From Anaerovorax sp. (GTDB lineage: Bacteria; Bacillota; Clostridia; Peptostreptococcales; Anaerovoracaceae), in assembly GCA_034927775.1 (NCBI GenBank), contig JAYFPL010000077.1, positions 12,906 to 76,905 on the forward strand: DNA of 64,000 nt, given 5' to 3'. How positions within the stretch are numbered: position 1 is the first letter of the stretch; each line of letters opens with the position of its first letter. Positions 1 to 8,104 of this stretch are shown here, piece after piece. The notes below the pieces were generated by a model, which worked only from the letters and a program-made list of their open reading frames with translations, searched no databases and had not been told where the DNA came from. The position numbers and the translations under genes are program-made.

Positions 1-1738
1 TCGCATTCGGTATCAAATGTCTTGCCATACGATTTGCTTCGGTTGTATAAAAATTATTCCCTTTAAAGAATTCTCTCGGAGTTCCTTCTGTTACGATTCC
101 TCCATCAAAGAACATCGCACATCGCTCTGCGTAATTTGCGCAAAATTCCACATCATGACTTACCATAATAATAGTAATGCCTTTTTCTTTTAATCCTTCT
201 AGGATCAAAGCAAAACGTTTTTTATAGTCGCCATCCAATCCTTTCGTTGGTTCATCAAGTAATAAAATTTCCGGTTCCAACAGTAAAATTTTCGCCAAAG
301 CCACACGTTGTTGTTCTCCACCCGACAAATCGTATGGATGTTGTTGTAATAAATCTTTCAAGTCGCAAAGAGATATCACAATATCTACTTTTCGTTTCTT
401 CTCTTCTTTGGACATCTTGAATACACGAAGCATTTCATATAAATCCAGCTCCACTGTTTTTTTCACAAAAAGAGTCTGAGGATTTTGAGGCAAAACGCTG
501 AGCAGACCTTGAAATTTTTCTTCATCTTTCATCTCACTTAATAAACGACCTTGGATTTTTACGGTTCCCCGATACGGACGAAGAATGCCTGCGATTAAAG
601 ACAATGTTGTACTTTTTCCGGTTCCATTTCCACCAAGCAAAGCAAAAAATTCTCCTTTTTTTACTTTCAGATCTACGCCCTTTATAACATCCGGTAAATC
701 TTTTTCATATTTAAACCATGCTTCTTCAATTTCAATCGCATACTCGTCTTCCTTCTTTTCTTTTTTTGTACATTTCTGTGTTTGTTGTAACGATTGCATT
801 CCTTCTAAATCGAAAAATTTGGTTTGTTTTGATTGGTCAATTGGTGAATCATTTTCCTTCAGATCTATTTTAACTGCATTGTTCTGTTGATTTTTATGAT
901 TATTGGATCGTTGAAAAAAGGATGTTAACCATTCCCGTCCTTCTCTTACGGTAATCGGACAAGGCAAGGTATTTTTAACATTTGCATACACTTGCATCGG
1001 AATCGGCATTGCAGAAAACATTTTATTATGGCTTTCTGCAAGACTTTGTCCTACTTCTTTCGGTATCCCATCAGCAATAATTCTTCCCTGCTCCATTACG
1101 ATTAAGCGATCGCTAATCGGTAGTACCTGCTCCAAACGATGCTCCGTCATAATTACCGTTGTTCCCAACTCACGATTGATCTTTCCGACGGTTGCCAAGA
1201 AATCTGAGGCTGCAATCGGATCTAACTGACTTGTTGGTTCATCCAAAATTAAGACCGATGGTTGCATTGCCATAATTGCTGCTAAATTCAAAAGCTGTTT
1301 TTGGCCTCCGGATAATTCCGAAACATTTCTGTAAAACCAACCTTGAATTCCGAAAAAAGAAGCCATCTCGGCGACACGTAATCGAATGGTCTTTGTATCA
1401 TATCCCAAACTTTCCAACCCGAATGCTAATTCGTGCCAAACTTTATCGGTTACAATCTGATTATCCGGCGATTGCAATACAAATCCAATTTTTTCACTTT
1501 GCTCTCTTAAATCCATTTCCTCTAAAGGTTTCCCCTGAAACAAAATCTCTCCCGTCTTTTCGCCATGAGATGCCAATGATGGCTTTAGTTGACGTAATAA
1601 TGTCGTCTTTCCACAACCAGATGTTCCACATAGTGTGACAAACTGTCCAGGTTGAATGCTTAAACAAATATCCTTTAAGACCTGACGTTCTTGATTCGGA
1701 TAAGAGAAATTTAACTGTTTAATTGTGTAGCTTTCCAT
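1..1738 (-). CDS. ECF/cobalt-type ABC transporter ATP-binding protein with two fused ATPase domains (partial, runs off the left edge)
   Basis: Absent from the ORF track because it is open at the window edge. My minus-strand translation from ATG 1738 (RBS GGAGAA) reads MESYTIKQLNFSYPNQERQVLKDICLSIQPGQFVTLCGTSGCGKTTLL (Walker A). A second Walker A (GGNGTGKST) is encoded around 590-660. The start overlaps the end of the EcfT gene. Confidence 0.8.
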   Translation of the reverse strand, partial: MESYTIKQLNFSYPNQERQVLKDICLSIQPGQFVTLCGTSGCGKTTLLRQLKPSLASHGEKTGEILFQGKPLEEMDLREQSEKIGFVLQSPDNQIVTDKVWHELAFGLESLGYDTKTIRLRVAEMASFFGIQGWFYRNVSELSGGQKQLLNLAAIMAMQPSVLILDEPTSQLDPIAASDFLATVGKINRELGTTVIMTEHRLEQVLPISDRLIVMEQGRIIADGIPKEVGQSLAESHNKMFSAMPIPMQVYANVKNTLPCPITVREGREWLTSFFQRSNNHKNQQNNAVKIDLKENDSPIDQSKQTKFFDLEGMQSLQQTQKCTKKEKKEDEYAIEIEEAWFKYEKDLPDVIKGVDLKVKKGEFFALLGGNGTGKSTTLSLIAGILRPYRGTVKIQGRLLSEMKDEEKFQGLLSVLPQNPQTLFVKKTVELDLYEMLRVFKMSKEEKKRKVDIVISLCDLKDLLQQHPYDLSGGEQQRVALAKILLLEPEILLLDEPTKGLDGDYKKRFALILEGLKEKGITIIMVSHDVEFCANYAERCAMFFDGGIVTEGTPREFFKGNNFYTTEANRMARHLIPNA

Positions 1739-2622
1739 TGTCTATTCTCCTTTACGTCAATCACAATCGGTACTATGCAAAGTGTAAAATACACAGCATA
1801 AGAAAACAGAAAAAAAATGGTAGATGGATTTCCTTTTACGGTTGGATAATATCTAAAATAGTAGACTTTCATCAATCCACAAACCAAAACGAATATTCCC
1901 AAAATACCAATATAAAGCAATGCTTTTTTATCTCTTCGATCGAATCGATAAATGGAAAATGCCGTTCTTCCCGGAAGTCCGTATCCTCTGCTTTTCATAC
2001 TTTCTGCCGTTTCAATTGCATTTTCCAACGCCCAAGTGATCATAATCGATAAAATCGTAATGCCGTTCTTCGATTTTTGAATCCAAGAACCGTTTGATAA
2101 ATCTCTTCCGATACACTTTTGGGCGTAAGATATTTTTTTAATCTGTGCTTTAAATCGTGGTACAAACCGCAACACCATTGACAATATCAATGACAATGCC
2201 GGAATCACCCTGCCAAACAAATAAATAAATTTATCGGATGTCATTACTTCGTTATAGCAAGAAAACCAACAAATTACCGCTGAAAGCATCGTTGCTGCCG
2301 CAATTCCGTATAAAATCGATTCCAATGTCAATGGATTTCCATTTGAAAAATACATTAAAATAGTTTGTCCTTCATGATTAAAAGCGGGATTTAAAATTGC
2401 TGTCACTATAAGCATCGGTGCTAAAAACCCAAAATTAAAAAGAATTGCTTTTTTTTCTTTTAAATAAATCGAATAGGTAAACGCAACCACTAAGGAAATT
2501 CCCAGACATACGGGATGCATAAACACCATGGAAAATCCCAATACAAATACAAAATACAAAAAGTTAACTAACGGATGATAAGAAGAAAAGGCATCCACAT
2601 GACATTCCTTATTTTTGCTCAT
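1711..2622 (-). CDS. Energy-coupling factor transporter transmembrane component (EcfT/CbiQ family)
   Basis: 303-aa polytopic membrane protein with the CbiQ/EcfT-type motif ALENAIETAESMKSRGYG. Translationally overlapped with the genes on both sides. Confidence 0.75.
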   Translation of the reverse strand: MSKNKECHVDAFSSYHPLVNFLYFVFVLGFSMVFMHPVCLGISLVVAFTYSIYLKEKKAILFNFGFLAPMLIVTAILNPAFNHEGQTILMYFSNGNPLTLESILYGIAAATMLSAVICWFSCYNEVMTSDKFIYLFGRVIPALSLILSMVLRFVPRFKAQIKKISYAQKCIGRDLSNGSWIQKSKNGITILSIMITWALENAIETAESMKSRGYGLPGRTAFSIYRFDRRDKKALLYIGILGIFVLVCGLMKVYYFRYYPTVKGNPSTIFFLFSYAVYFTLCIVPIVIDVKENRQWKATQLNS

Positions 2623-3502
2623 AGAAACCGTCTCCTACATCACGTCCCAAATCACAGGTATACACCCATACAATCACATCTTTGTCTTTAATCTGATATC
2701 GGCTACATCCGTAATTCGGGAACCAATTATTAACTTTATACATCCAGCCGGATAATTCTCCGCAATCAAATTCATAAAGATTATGAATTCCTTCAATATA
2801 TGCCGAATTATAAATCGGTGTATTTTCAAATTCCATATGTATTTTATTCTTTTTCGTTTCTCGACGAAGCAAATTAAATACACTTTCCCCTTCATAGAAG
2901 GTCACTTTCGTCGGTGGCAAAATTACGCCGTCTTTTGGTACCAATTCCACTTTCTCCGGATCCAAATCATCCATATTATCGAGTATGGTGTCACAGACAA
3001 TCGATATTGTACATGTCTTTGCGTTTTTTGTGATAATCGCGTCTTGTGGCTCTATCGGATGCGGTTTTCCTTCCGGAATCGGGTCAGTTAAATATTTGTC
3101 TTTTTCTCCTTTGCTTTCTTCGTCTATTCCTTGCAAACTCAAATGTTTATCACCTTGGTCACTTTTAGATTTTCCCTGCTTTGTTTCGCTTTCTCCACTT
3201 TCTGTTTTTTTCAAACCCGATTTTTCTGTTTCGCTTTGAGCTTCTGATTGATTATCCACTTTTTCGTCTTTTTTACTATCGCTGCTCTGTGATATTTTTT
3301 CTATATATTCTCCACTAGAATTCTCGTCCTCGCTTTTTTCTAAGTCTGTGACACTTTCACCATTTTCAGTTTCCTCTATCGAATAAGCGGGTTCGGAGTC
3401 CGCTTTTTCACCTTTGGCGTAATCACCGCCCCAAAAGAATGTTACGACAAGTAAAATACAAATAATCCCAATCCCCAGCCATTTATAATTCATTCTTTTC
3501 AT
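2609..3502 (-). CDS. Membrane-anchored DUF4430 (transcobalamin-like C-terminal domain) protein
   Basis: N-terminal signal anchor (WLGIGIICILLVVTFFW), then a long acidic Ser/Glu/Lys-rich linker. The C-terminal domain carries the DUF4430 hallmark GELSGWMYKVNNWFPNYGCSRYQIKDKDVIVWVYT. Confidence 0.75.
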   Translation of the reverse strand: MKRMNYKWLGIGIICILLVVTFFWGGDYAKGEKADSEPAYSIEETENGESVTDLEKSEDENSSGEYIEKISQSSDSKKDEKVDNQSEAQSETEKSGLKKTESGESETKQGKSKSDQGDKHLSLQGIDEESKGEKDKYLTDPIPEGKPHPIEPQDAIITKNAKTCTISIVCDTILDNMDDLDPEKVELVPKDGVILPPTKVTFYEGESVFNLLRRETKKNKIHMEFENTPIYNSAYIEGIHNLYEFDCGELSGWMYKVNNWFPNYGCSRYQIKDKDVIVWVYTCDLGRDVGDGFYEQK

Positions 3503-3594
3503 TCTGCCATCTCCTCATATCATGAGTTTCCCACTAAAAATAAGCAGTTACTTATTCATCGGTCTTTCTTCTTTATGCCATGTTTCAAAACTTG

Positions 3595-5247
3595 TTATAA
3601 TAATTCGGATGCATTCAACATGCGATAAAGCATTTCTGCAATTTCGCAACGTTTTACTGAAGTTTTCGGTGAAATTTCAATGGCACTCTGATCTATAATA
3701 TTTTTTTGATAGCAAAATGCATATGCATCAGATGCCCAATCAGACACTTCCACATAATCCGTAAATTGTGATAATACATCTCTCTTTGACAAGGTATCAA
3801 TTGTTGTATCCATTCCGCAAATTTTTGCCGCTCTTGCAATCATACATGCCGCTTCTTCTTTTGTAATTGTACCGTTAGGATTAAATGTTTTTTCGGAAGT
3901 TCCGCTTACAATTCCGTTTTTATAAGCACTAGCTACATAATCATAAAACCACTGATTCTTTTTCACATCCTCAAAGTTTATGTCACTGTTATCCTTTAAT
4001 CCCAATGCTTCTACCATAATAGTCGCAAATTCGGCACGACTCATTGTTGCATCCGGTACAAAATTGTCTTTTGTTTTTCCGTTGATAATTCCACGTTCCG
4101 CTAATGCTTCGATTGCTTCCTGGTTTTTATGATCCTTAATGTCTTTAAAGGTTTTTCCTTCGAATAAAATTTCTTTTATCTTTACTTCTTTATTTACGTT
4201 TGAATCTTTTTTATCTTTATTTACTTCTTCTGTAAATGCTTTAACATCATTCATTCGATACAAACTGTTTTTTCCATCAATAGCACGTTGAATGGATACC
4301 AAGGCATAAAACCCCTGTTCTGTAGCCATTTGATTTATATTTGAATCTTTCTTCGTATGTTGAAACCCCTTATTGTTTTTATGATAAGACATCAAATTAT
4401 CCTGTAATGTATTTCCATTTTTAATAAAACGTTCATCATCTAATGAAATGCCCAATTCCGTTAACGCTACAATAACTTGAACGACACTTTCAGAATTTGA
4501 TTCTCCCCAGGAATCATATCCTCCGTCATTATCCTGCATCTTTGATAAACAAAGTAAAGCTTTTTCGGTTGCCTCTTTTACTTTTGCTTTATCCTGATAC
4601 TTAGCCAATGCCTGTAAGACCATGCCAGTAATATCCGGATCCGCCGTTAGATCCATTAATTGTGCATCATCTGTTCCACCGGTTAAGGAAAACCCCCCAT
4701 CCGAAAGCTGTCTGGCTAAAATCTCTTCAATGTATTTTTCTCTGGTTGCTTGTACTGCTGCTTTCTTATTTTCCGGCATCGGATAATTTTTACTGTCTAA
4801 TGCAATCAATGCCCAAACTGGACCATTAATTCCCTGCCAAATGGTCTTTTCATAATCGCCCAAAGGAGTAAGCAAGTTATATCCAGCTACATTTCTTGGA
4901 TCGTAGCCAATTGCAGTCAGCGCTAAAATCAAACGCGAATAGTCCGTATATTTTTTTTCATGCAATACACCATTGCATTCCTTAACATACTTCTCCACCT
5001 GTGTATAGTAATTGTCAAAGTAACTCTTCGGTACATCACACCCACTTCGCGCAAGACCTAAGATTACCCATTCTCCGCCGATGGAACCCACTTGTGGGTA
5101 CTTAACTGTTTTACAAATATAGTTTGCAGTATTATTTAATGCTTGCTTACGAATTGTATGATCCGTTGCAAATACCCCAACTGCATTTCCCATAATCATG
5201 GTTACTACCAAGAATATGGACAATAATAACTTATTCCTCTGCTTCAT
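3595..5247 (-). CDS. Cell-wall anchored surface protein: prenyltransferase/terpene-cyclase-like alpha/alpha toroid repeats plus three C-terminal SLH domains
   Basis: Signal peptide (LLLSIFLVVTMIMGNAVGVFA). Repeated Q..DGGF/DGGY motifs (RQLSDGGFS, MQDNDGGYD). Three SLH repeats (FKDIKDH..., FEDVKKNQWFYDYV..., FTDYVEVSDWASDAY...). I moved the start to ATG 5247, 6 nt after the AAGGAGA RBS; the track start is 5274. Confidence 0.75.
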   Translation of the reverse strand: MKQRNKLLLSIFLVVTMIMGNAVGVFATDHTIRKQALNNTANYICKTVKYPQVGSIGGEWVILGLARSGCDVPKSYFDNYYTQVEKYVKECNGVLHEKKYTDYSRLILALTAIGYDPRNVAGYNLLTPLGDYEKTIWQGINGPVWALIALDSKNYPMPENKKAAVQATREKYIEEILARQLSDGGFSLTGGTDDAQLMDLTADPDITGMVLQALAKYQDKAKVKEATEKALLCLSKMQDNDGGYDSWGESNSESVVQVIVALTELGISLDDERFIKNGNTLQDNLMSYHKNNKGFQHTKKDSNINQMATEQGFYALVSIQRAIDGKNSLYRMNDVKAFTEEVNKDKKDSNVNKEVKIKEILFEGKTFKDIKDHKNQEAIEALAERGIINGKTKDNFVPDATMSRAEFATIMVEALGLKDNSDINFEDVKKNQWFYDYVASAYKNGIVSGTSEKTFNPNGTITKEEAACMIARAAKICGMDTTIDTLSKRDVLSQFTDYVEVSDWASDAYAFCYQKNIIDQSAIEISPKTSVKRCEIAEMLYRMLNASELL

Positions 5248-5277
5248 TTCCATTCTCCTTCTCTTTTTGCACAAAAA

Positions 5278-5560
5278 AATAAAAACTGTAGCATTTCTGC
5301 CACAGCCGTTTTTCTGCGTTATTTGTACACTGAAAAAAGCGTCCTCTAAAACGATAGACTCCGCCCGTCTTTCTCCAATTACCCGTGGATGTACTCGTAT
5401 TTTATGTAGGTCTTCTGGCTTACGCTTCTGGAGTAATTCTCCTACATCTTCACTTTACCTTCCCAGTTTCCCAGTGGCAAAACACAATAATCTAAAGCAA
5501 AGATTCCACGATTACAGCGGCGGGACCGCGCAGGATTTTAACCTGCTTCCCTCTTAGCTG
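5278..5560 (-). promoter_or_regulatory. Cobalamin (B12) riboswitch copy 1 with intrinsic terminator
   Basis: Minus strand reads GAGGGAAGCAGGTTAAAATCCTGCGCGGTCCCGCCGCTGTAATCGTG ... GCCACTGGGAAACTGGGAAGG ... B12 box AAGCCAGAAGACCTAC (plus-strand 5408-5419). It ends in hairpin GGCTGTGGCAGAAATGCTACAG followed by a T-run (5281-5307), just upstream of the SLH gene start. Confidence 0.85.
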
Positions 5561-5625
5561 TCTACGAAATTTTTCTAATAAAACAACGTAAACAGACATA
5601 AAATTTCTGTATTAATTTTTACTAC

Positions 5626-5654
5626 ATTCTACCAACCACTTATTTTATTGTCAA
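5626..5654 (-). promoter_or_regulatory. Sigma-A type promoter for riboswitch 1 and the B12 operon
   Basis: Minus strand TTGACA (5654-5649), 17-nt spacer, TAGAAT (5631-5626). Confidence 0.5.
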
Positions 5655-5691
5655 GAACAACTTCCAAAAGGTTTTATATTTTTTATTACAT

Positions 5692-5728
5692 AAAAACCCC
5701 TAAGGAGATTTAAATTCTATAGGGGTTT
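5692..5728 (-). terminator. Rho-independent terminator after the YezD-like ORF (bidirectional shape)
   Basis: AACCCCTA / TAGGGGTT 8-bp stem flanked by A-run and T-run. Confidence 0.6.
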
Positions 5729-5876
5729 GAATAAATAATTAAGTAATTTTTTACTTGTACCATTTTAGCGAATACATCAAAGGTAATTTTACTTGGTTTA
5801 ATGGTTTTCCATCTTTTAAGCCTCCGGTTTTCGGTCAGCTATATTTTTTCAATTTATCCCCTTTTATGTATATCGA

Positions 5877-6032
5877 TTAAAGTTTGATGCTTTTTCTCAC
5901 ATCTTCCACGCGAATGGGTTTTCCTTCATTAATAATGACACGTAATTCACCATATTTAATTTCACGGATTAAAGCCAAAAGCTTAACCTCCTCTTTTCGG
6001 GTTACTGTCAAATCAACCAAAGGTCGTTCCAT
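5877..6032 (-). CDS. YezD/DUF2292-like small protein (51 aa), below the ORF-track size cut-off
   Basis: My translation: MERPLVDLTVTRKEEVKLLALIREIKYGELRVIINEGKPIRVEDVRKSIKL. RBS GAAAGGAGGG lies 6 nt upstream. The C-terminal pattern YGELRVIINEGKPIRVE resembles the YezD signature (FGSLQIVVHDGQITQIE in B. subtilis). Bracketed by riboswitch 2 and a terminator. Confidence 0.6.
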   Translation of the reverse strand: MERPLVDLTVTRKEEVKLLALIREIKYGELRVIINEGKPIRVEDVRKSIKL

Positions 6033-6064
6033 TTTAAGCCCTCCTTTCTTGCCTTATAATATAA

Positions 6065-6350
6065 TAAAAAAGCTGTGACATCTGCCACAGCCGTATTTCT
6101 GTAAAATCTGTACACTGAAAAAACAAGTAACTCTATTATAGCCTTACTCTTTTTTCCTCCAATTACCCGTGGAATGTACTTCAATTTTATGTAGGTCTTC
6201 TGGCTTACGTTTGCGGAAAAATGTTTCCTTTATCTTTGCTTACCTTCCCAGCTTTTCCAGTGGTAAATTACAATGTAATTTATATGCAAAGATTTCACGA
6301 TTACAGCGGCGGGACCGCGCAGGATTCAAACCTGCTTTCCTCTTAGCTAT
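6065..6350 (-). promoter_or_regulatory. Cobalamin riboswitch copy 2 with intrinsic terminator
   Basis: Same conserved blocks as copy 1: GAGGAAAGCAGGTTTGAATCCTGCGCGGTCCCGCCGCTGTAATCGTG, CCACTGGAAAAGCTGGGAAGG, and the B12 box on plus strand 6193-6204. Terminator GGCTGTGGCAGATGTCACAGC plus T-run at 6065-6092. Confidence 0.85.
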
Positions 6351-6591
6351 CTAAAATGAATAAGATTGTAGATAGACATAAAATCTATATTAAATTGTTA
6401 AATTATTTATTTTAAGGTCTCATGACCTTTTTATTTGCATCTTTTTACCAATCATCCATCCATTATATGAAAGAAAAGGAGCAGGAGAATCTTGGATATA
6501 GCCGCAAGTTCTATATCCGTAACACTCCTGCGGATGAAAAGGCAATGTTTAGTACCTCATATAGACTAACGGTTATATTTAAGCTAAAATC

Positions 6592-6848
6592 AAAAACAAA
6601 AAACTGTGGCACAAATGCCACAGCCCGTATTTTCTGTGTATCAATTAATACTAATTCGCTATATGACCAAAATTTCCCGTTGGTACAGCATCCTTTTATG
6701 CAGGTCTTCTGGTTTACGTTTATAGAGAATTCTCTTACGCCCTTGCTTACCTTCCCAGTTTCCCAGTGGCGAACTTTATCGTTCTAAAGCAAAGACTCCA
6801 CGATTACAGCGGCGGGACCACACAGGATTCTAACCTGTTTCCCTTACA
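6592..6848 (-). promoter_or_regulatory. Cobalamin riboswitch copy 3 with intrinsic terminator
   Basis: GGGAAACAGGTTAGAATCCTGTGTGGTCCCGCCGCTGTAATCGTG, GCCACTGGGAAACTGGGAAGG, and the B12 box AAACCAGAAGACCTGC (plus 6702-6713). Perfect CTGTGGCA/TGCCACAG hairpin at 6604-6623 plus T-run. Confidence 0.8.
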
Positions 6849-6874
6849 CAAAAGTCTTTTATGAAGTTATATTA

Positions 6875-6903
6875 ATCTTATCAGCAAACGACTTAAGCGT
6901 CAA
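6875..6903 (-). promoter_or_regulatory. Candidate sigma-A promoter for riboswitch 3
   Basis: Minus strand TTGACG, 17 nt, TAAGAT. It lies immediately after the stop codon of the upstream isomerase gene. Confidence 0.4.
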
Positions 6904-6908
6904 CCCCT

Positions 6909-7871
6909 TTACAAAAATAATTTACTTTGCTTTTTTAATACGTATTCCCTCTGTTCACGGTTTGAAGCCATCAACTCATGAACAACATATTTAGGATCTA
7001 ATTTCTCAATGACTTGTCTTGCTCTTAAACAACTAGTCGGTTGATGCGTATCAATATTCCCTAAAAGCTGATAAACTTGCTTAAATCTTTTGTAATAATC
7101 TTTTTCAAGCTCTGGTACCTGTTTTAATGCATTCTTAGTAAATTCTCCGGTTACGGATTGATGCAAATGCACTCCTTTAACATATTGGGCCAAGTCTCCA
7201 TGAAGCTCCAACATATTTTCAATATAGTTCCATGCTTCTTCTTCTGTTTTTAACTCAAGATTACTGCACATAAGATGTCCGGTATCCAGCATAATGCCTT
7301 TGTTCTTATAATGGACTCGTTCTAAAAGACGTTCTGTCATCTTCGGATCGGTCATCGTAAGACCCGGCCACCACAAGTTTTCCATAAGGAAGGTAAACTG
7401 ATAGTCTTGCTCATCTAATAGTTGATTGATTAAATCTGCCGAAGCATCGATAACCTCTTCGTTAGTATGTATATGTTGATGTTTAAACACACCTTCAATT
7501 GTTACATCGGAAATATGGAATACGACATACTCTGCTTTCATTTTTTCAGCATGAGCTAAATCCTTTTTAAAGTTTTCCAAAAGAACGTTCGGTTCTTTTC
7601 CTCCATAAAAACCTTCCCATATCTCACGACTTCCAAATTCAGAATACAGCGCATCTTCATTCTTATTCCAAAAATCAATCCAAAAAGGATAAAAAGACAT
7701 GTGAAGTCCCTTTACCATATCCGGTAGTATAATAGCTCGATCATCATTTCCGCAACATATTATTTCTAAACCTTTGCACCCATATTTTTCGTAAAAATCC
7801 TTTAAATCTTTTGCATTTTTGTACTCTGACAAAATTTCATTGTAGCTGGGTATATATAATATTTGTTCCAT
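6909..7871 (-). CDS. Sugar phosphate isomerase/epimerase (xylose isomerase-like TIM barrel) family protein
   Basis: Family-like motifs EYVVFHISD, FLMENLWWP, IMLDTGHLM and GVHLHQS. Start moved to ATG 7871 behind a GGAGGG RBS. Confidence 0.55.
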   Translation of the reverse strand: MEQILYIPSYNEILSEYKNAKDLKDFYEKYGCKGLEIICCGNDDRAIILPDMVKGLHMSFYPFWIDFWNKNEDALYSEFGSREIWEGFYGGKEPNVLLENFKKDLAHAEKMKAEYVVFHISDVTIEGVFKHQHIHTNEEVIDASADLINQLLDEQDYQFTFLMENLWWPGLTMTDPKMTERLLERVHYKNKGIMLDTGHLMCSNLELKTEEEAWNYIENMLELHGDLAQYVKGVHLHQSVTGEFTKNALKQVPELEKDYYKRFKQVYQLLGNIDTHQPTSCLRARQVIEKLDPKYVVHELMASNREQREYVLKKQSKLFL

Positions 7872-8104
7872 TCTCTTCCCTCCTACCATTCTTATCCATT
7901 ATATTTTTGTATATTTGAAATGTCAATCCTTGAACTTTTATTTCAATTTTCGTCGACTTTTGATTGCTTTATAACCTGGCACCCTTATTGCAAATAAGGC
8001 TAAAATGTGATAGTTTTATTATAGAGAATAAATCATTCCATGCTTACAGCAAGAATGTTTCTAATACATAATAGAAGTACGTAGCATTCATAGGAGGAAT
8101 AAAA

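Noticed and set aside
5198-6787. Plus-strand track ORFs 5198-5557, 5884-6078, 6169-6354 and 6422-6787
   Set aside because: They overlap the three minus-strand cobalamin riboswitches and the YezD-like ORF. Their similar peptide segments (e.g. ILCRSSGLR) simply reflect the repeated riboswitch sequence read on the wrong strand.
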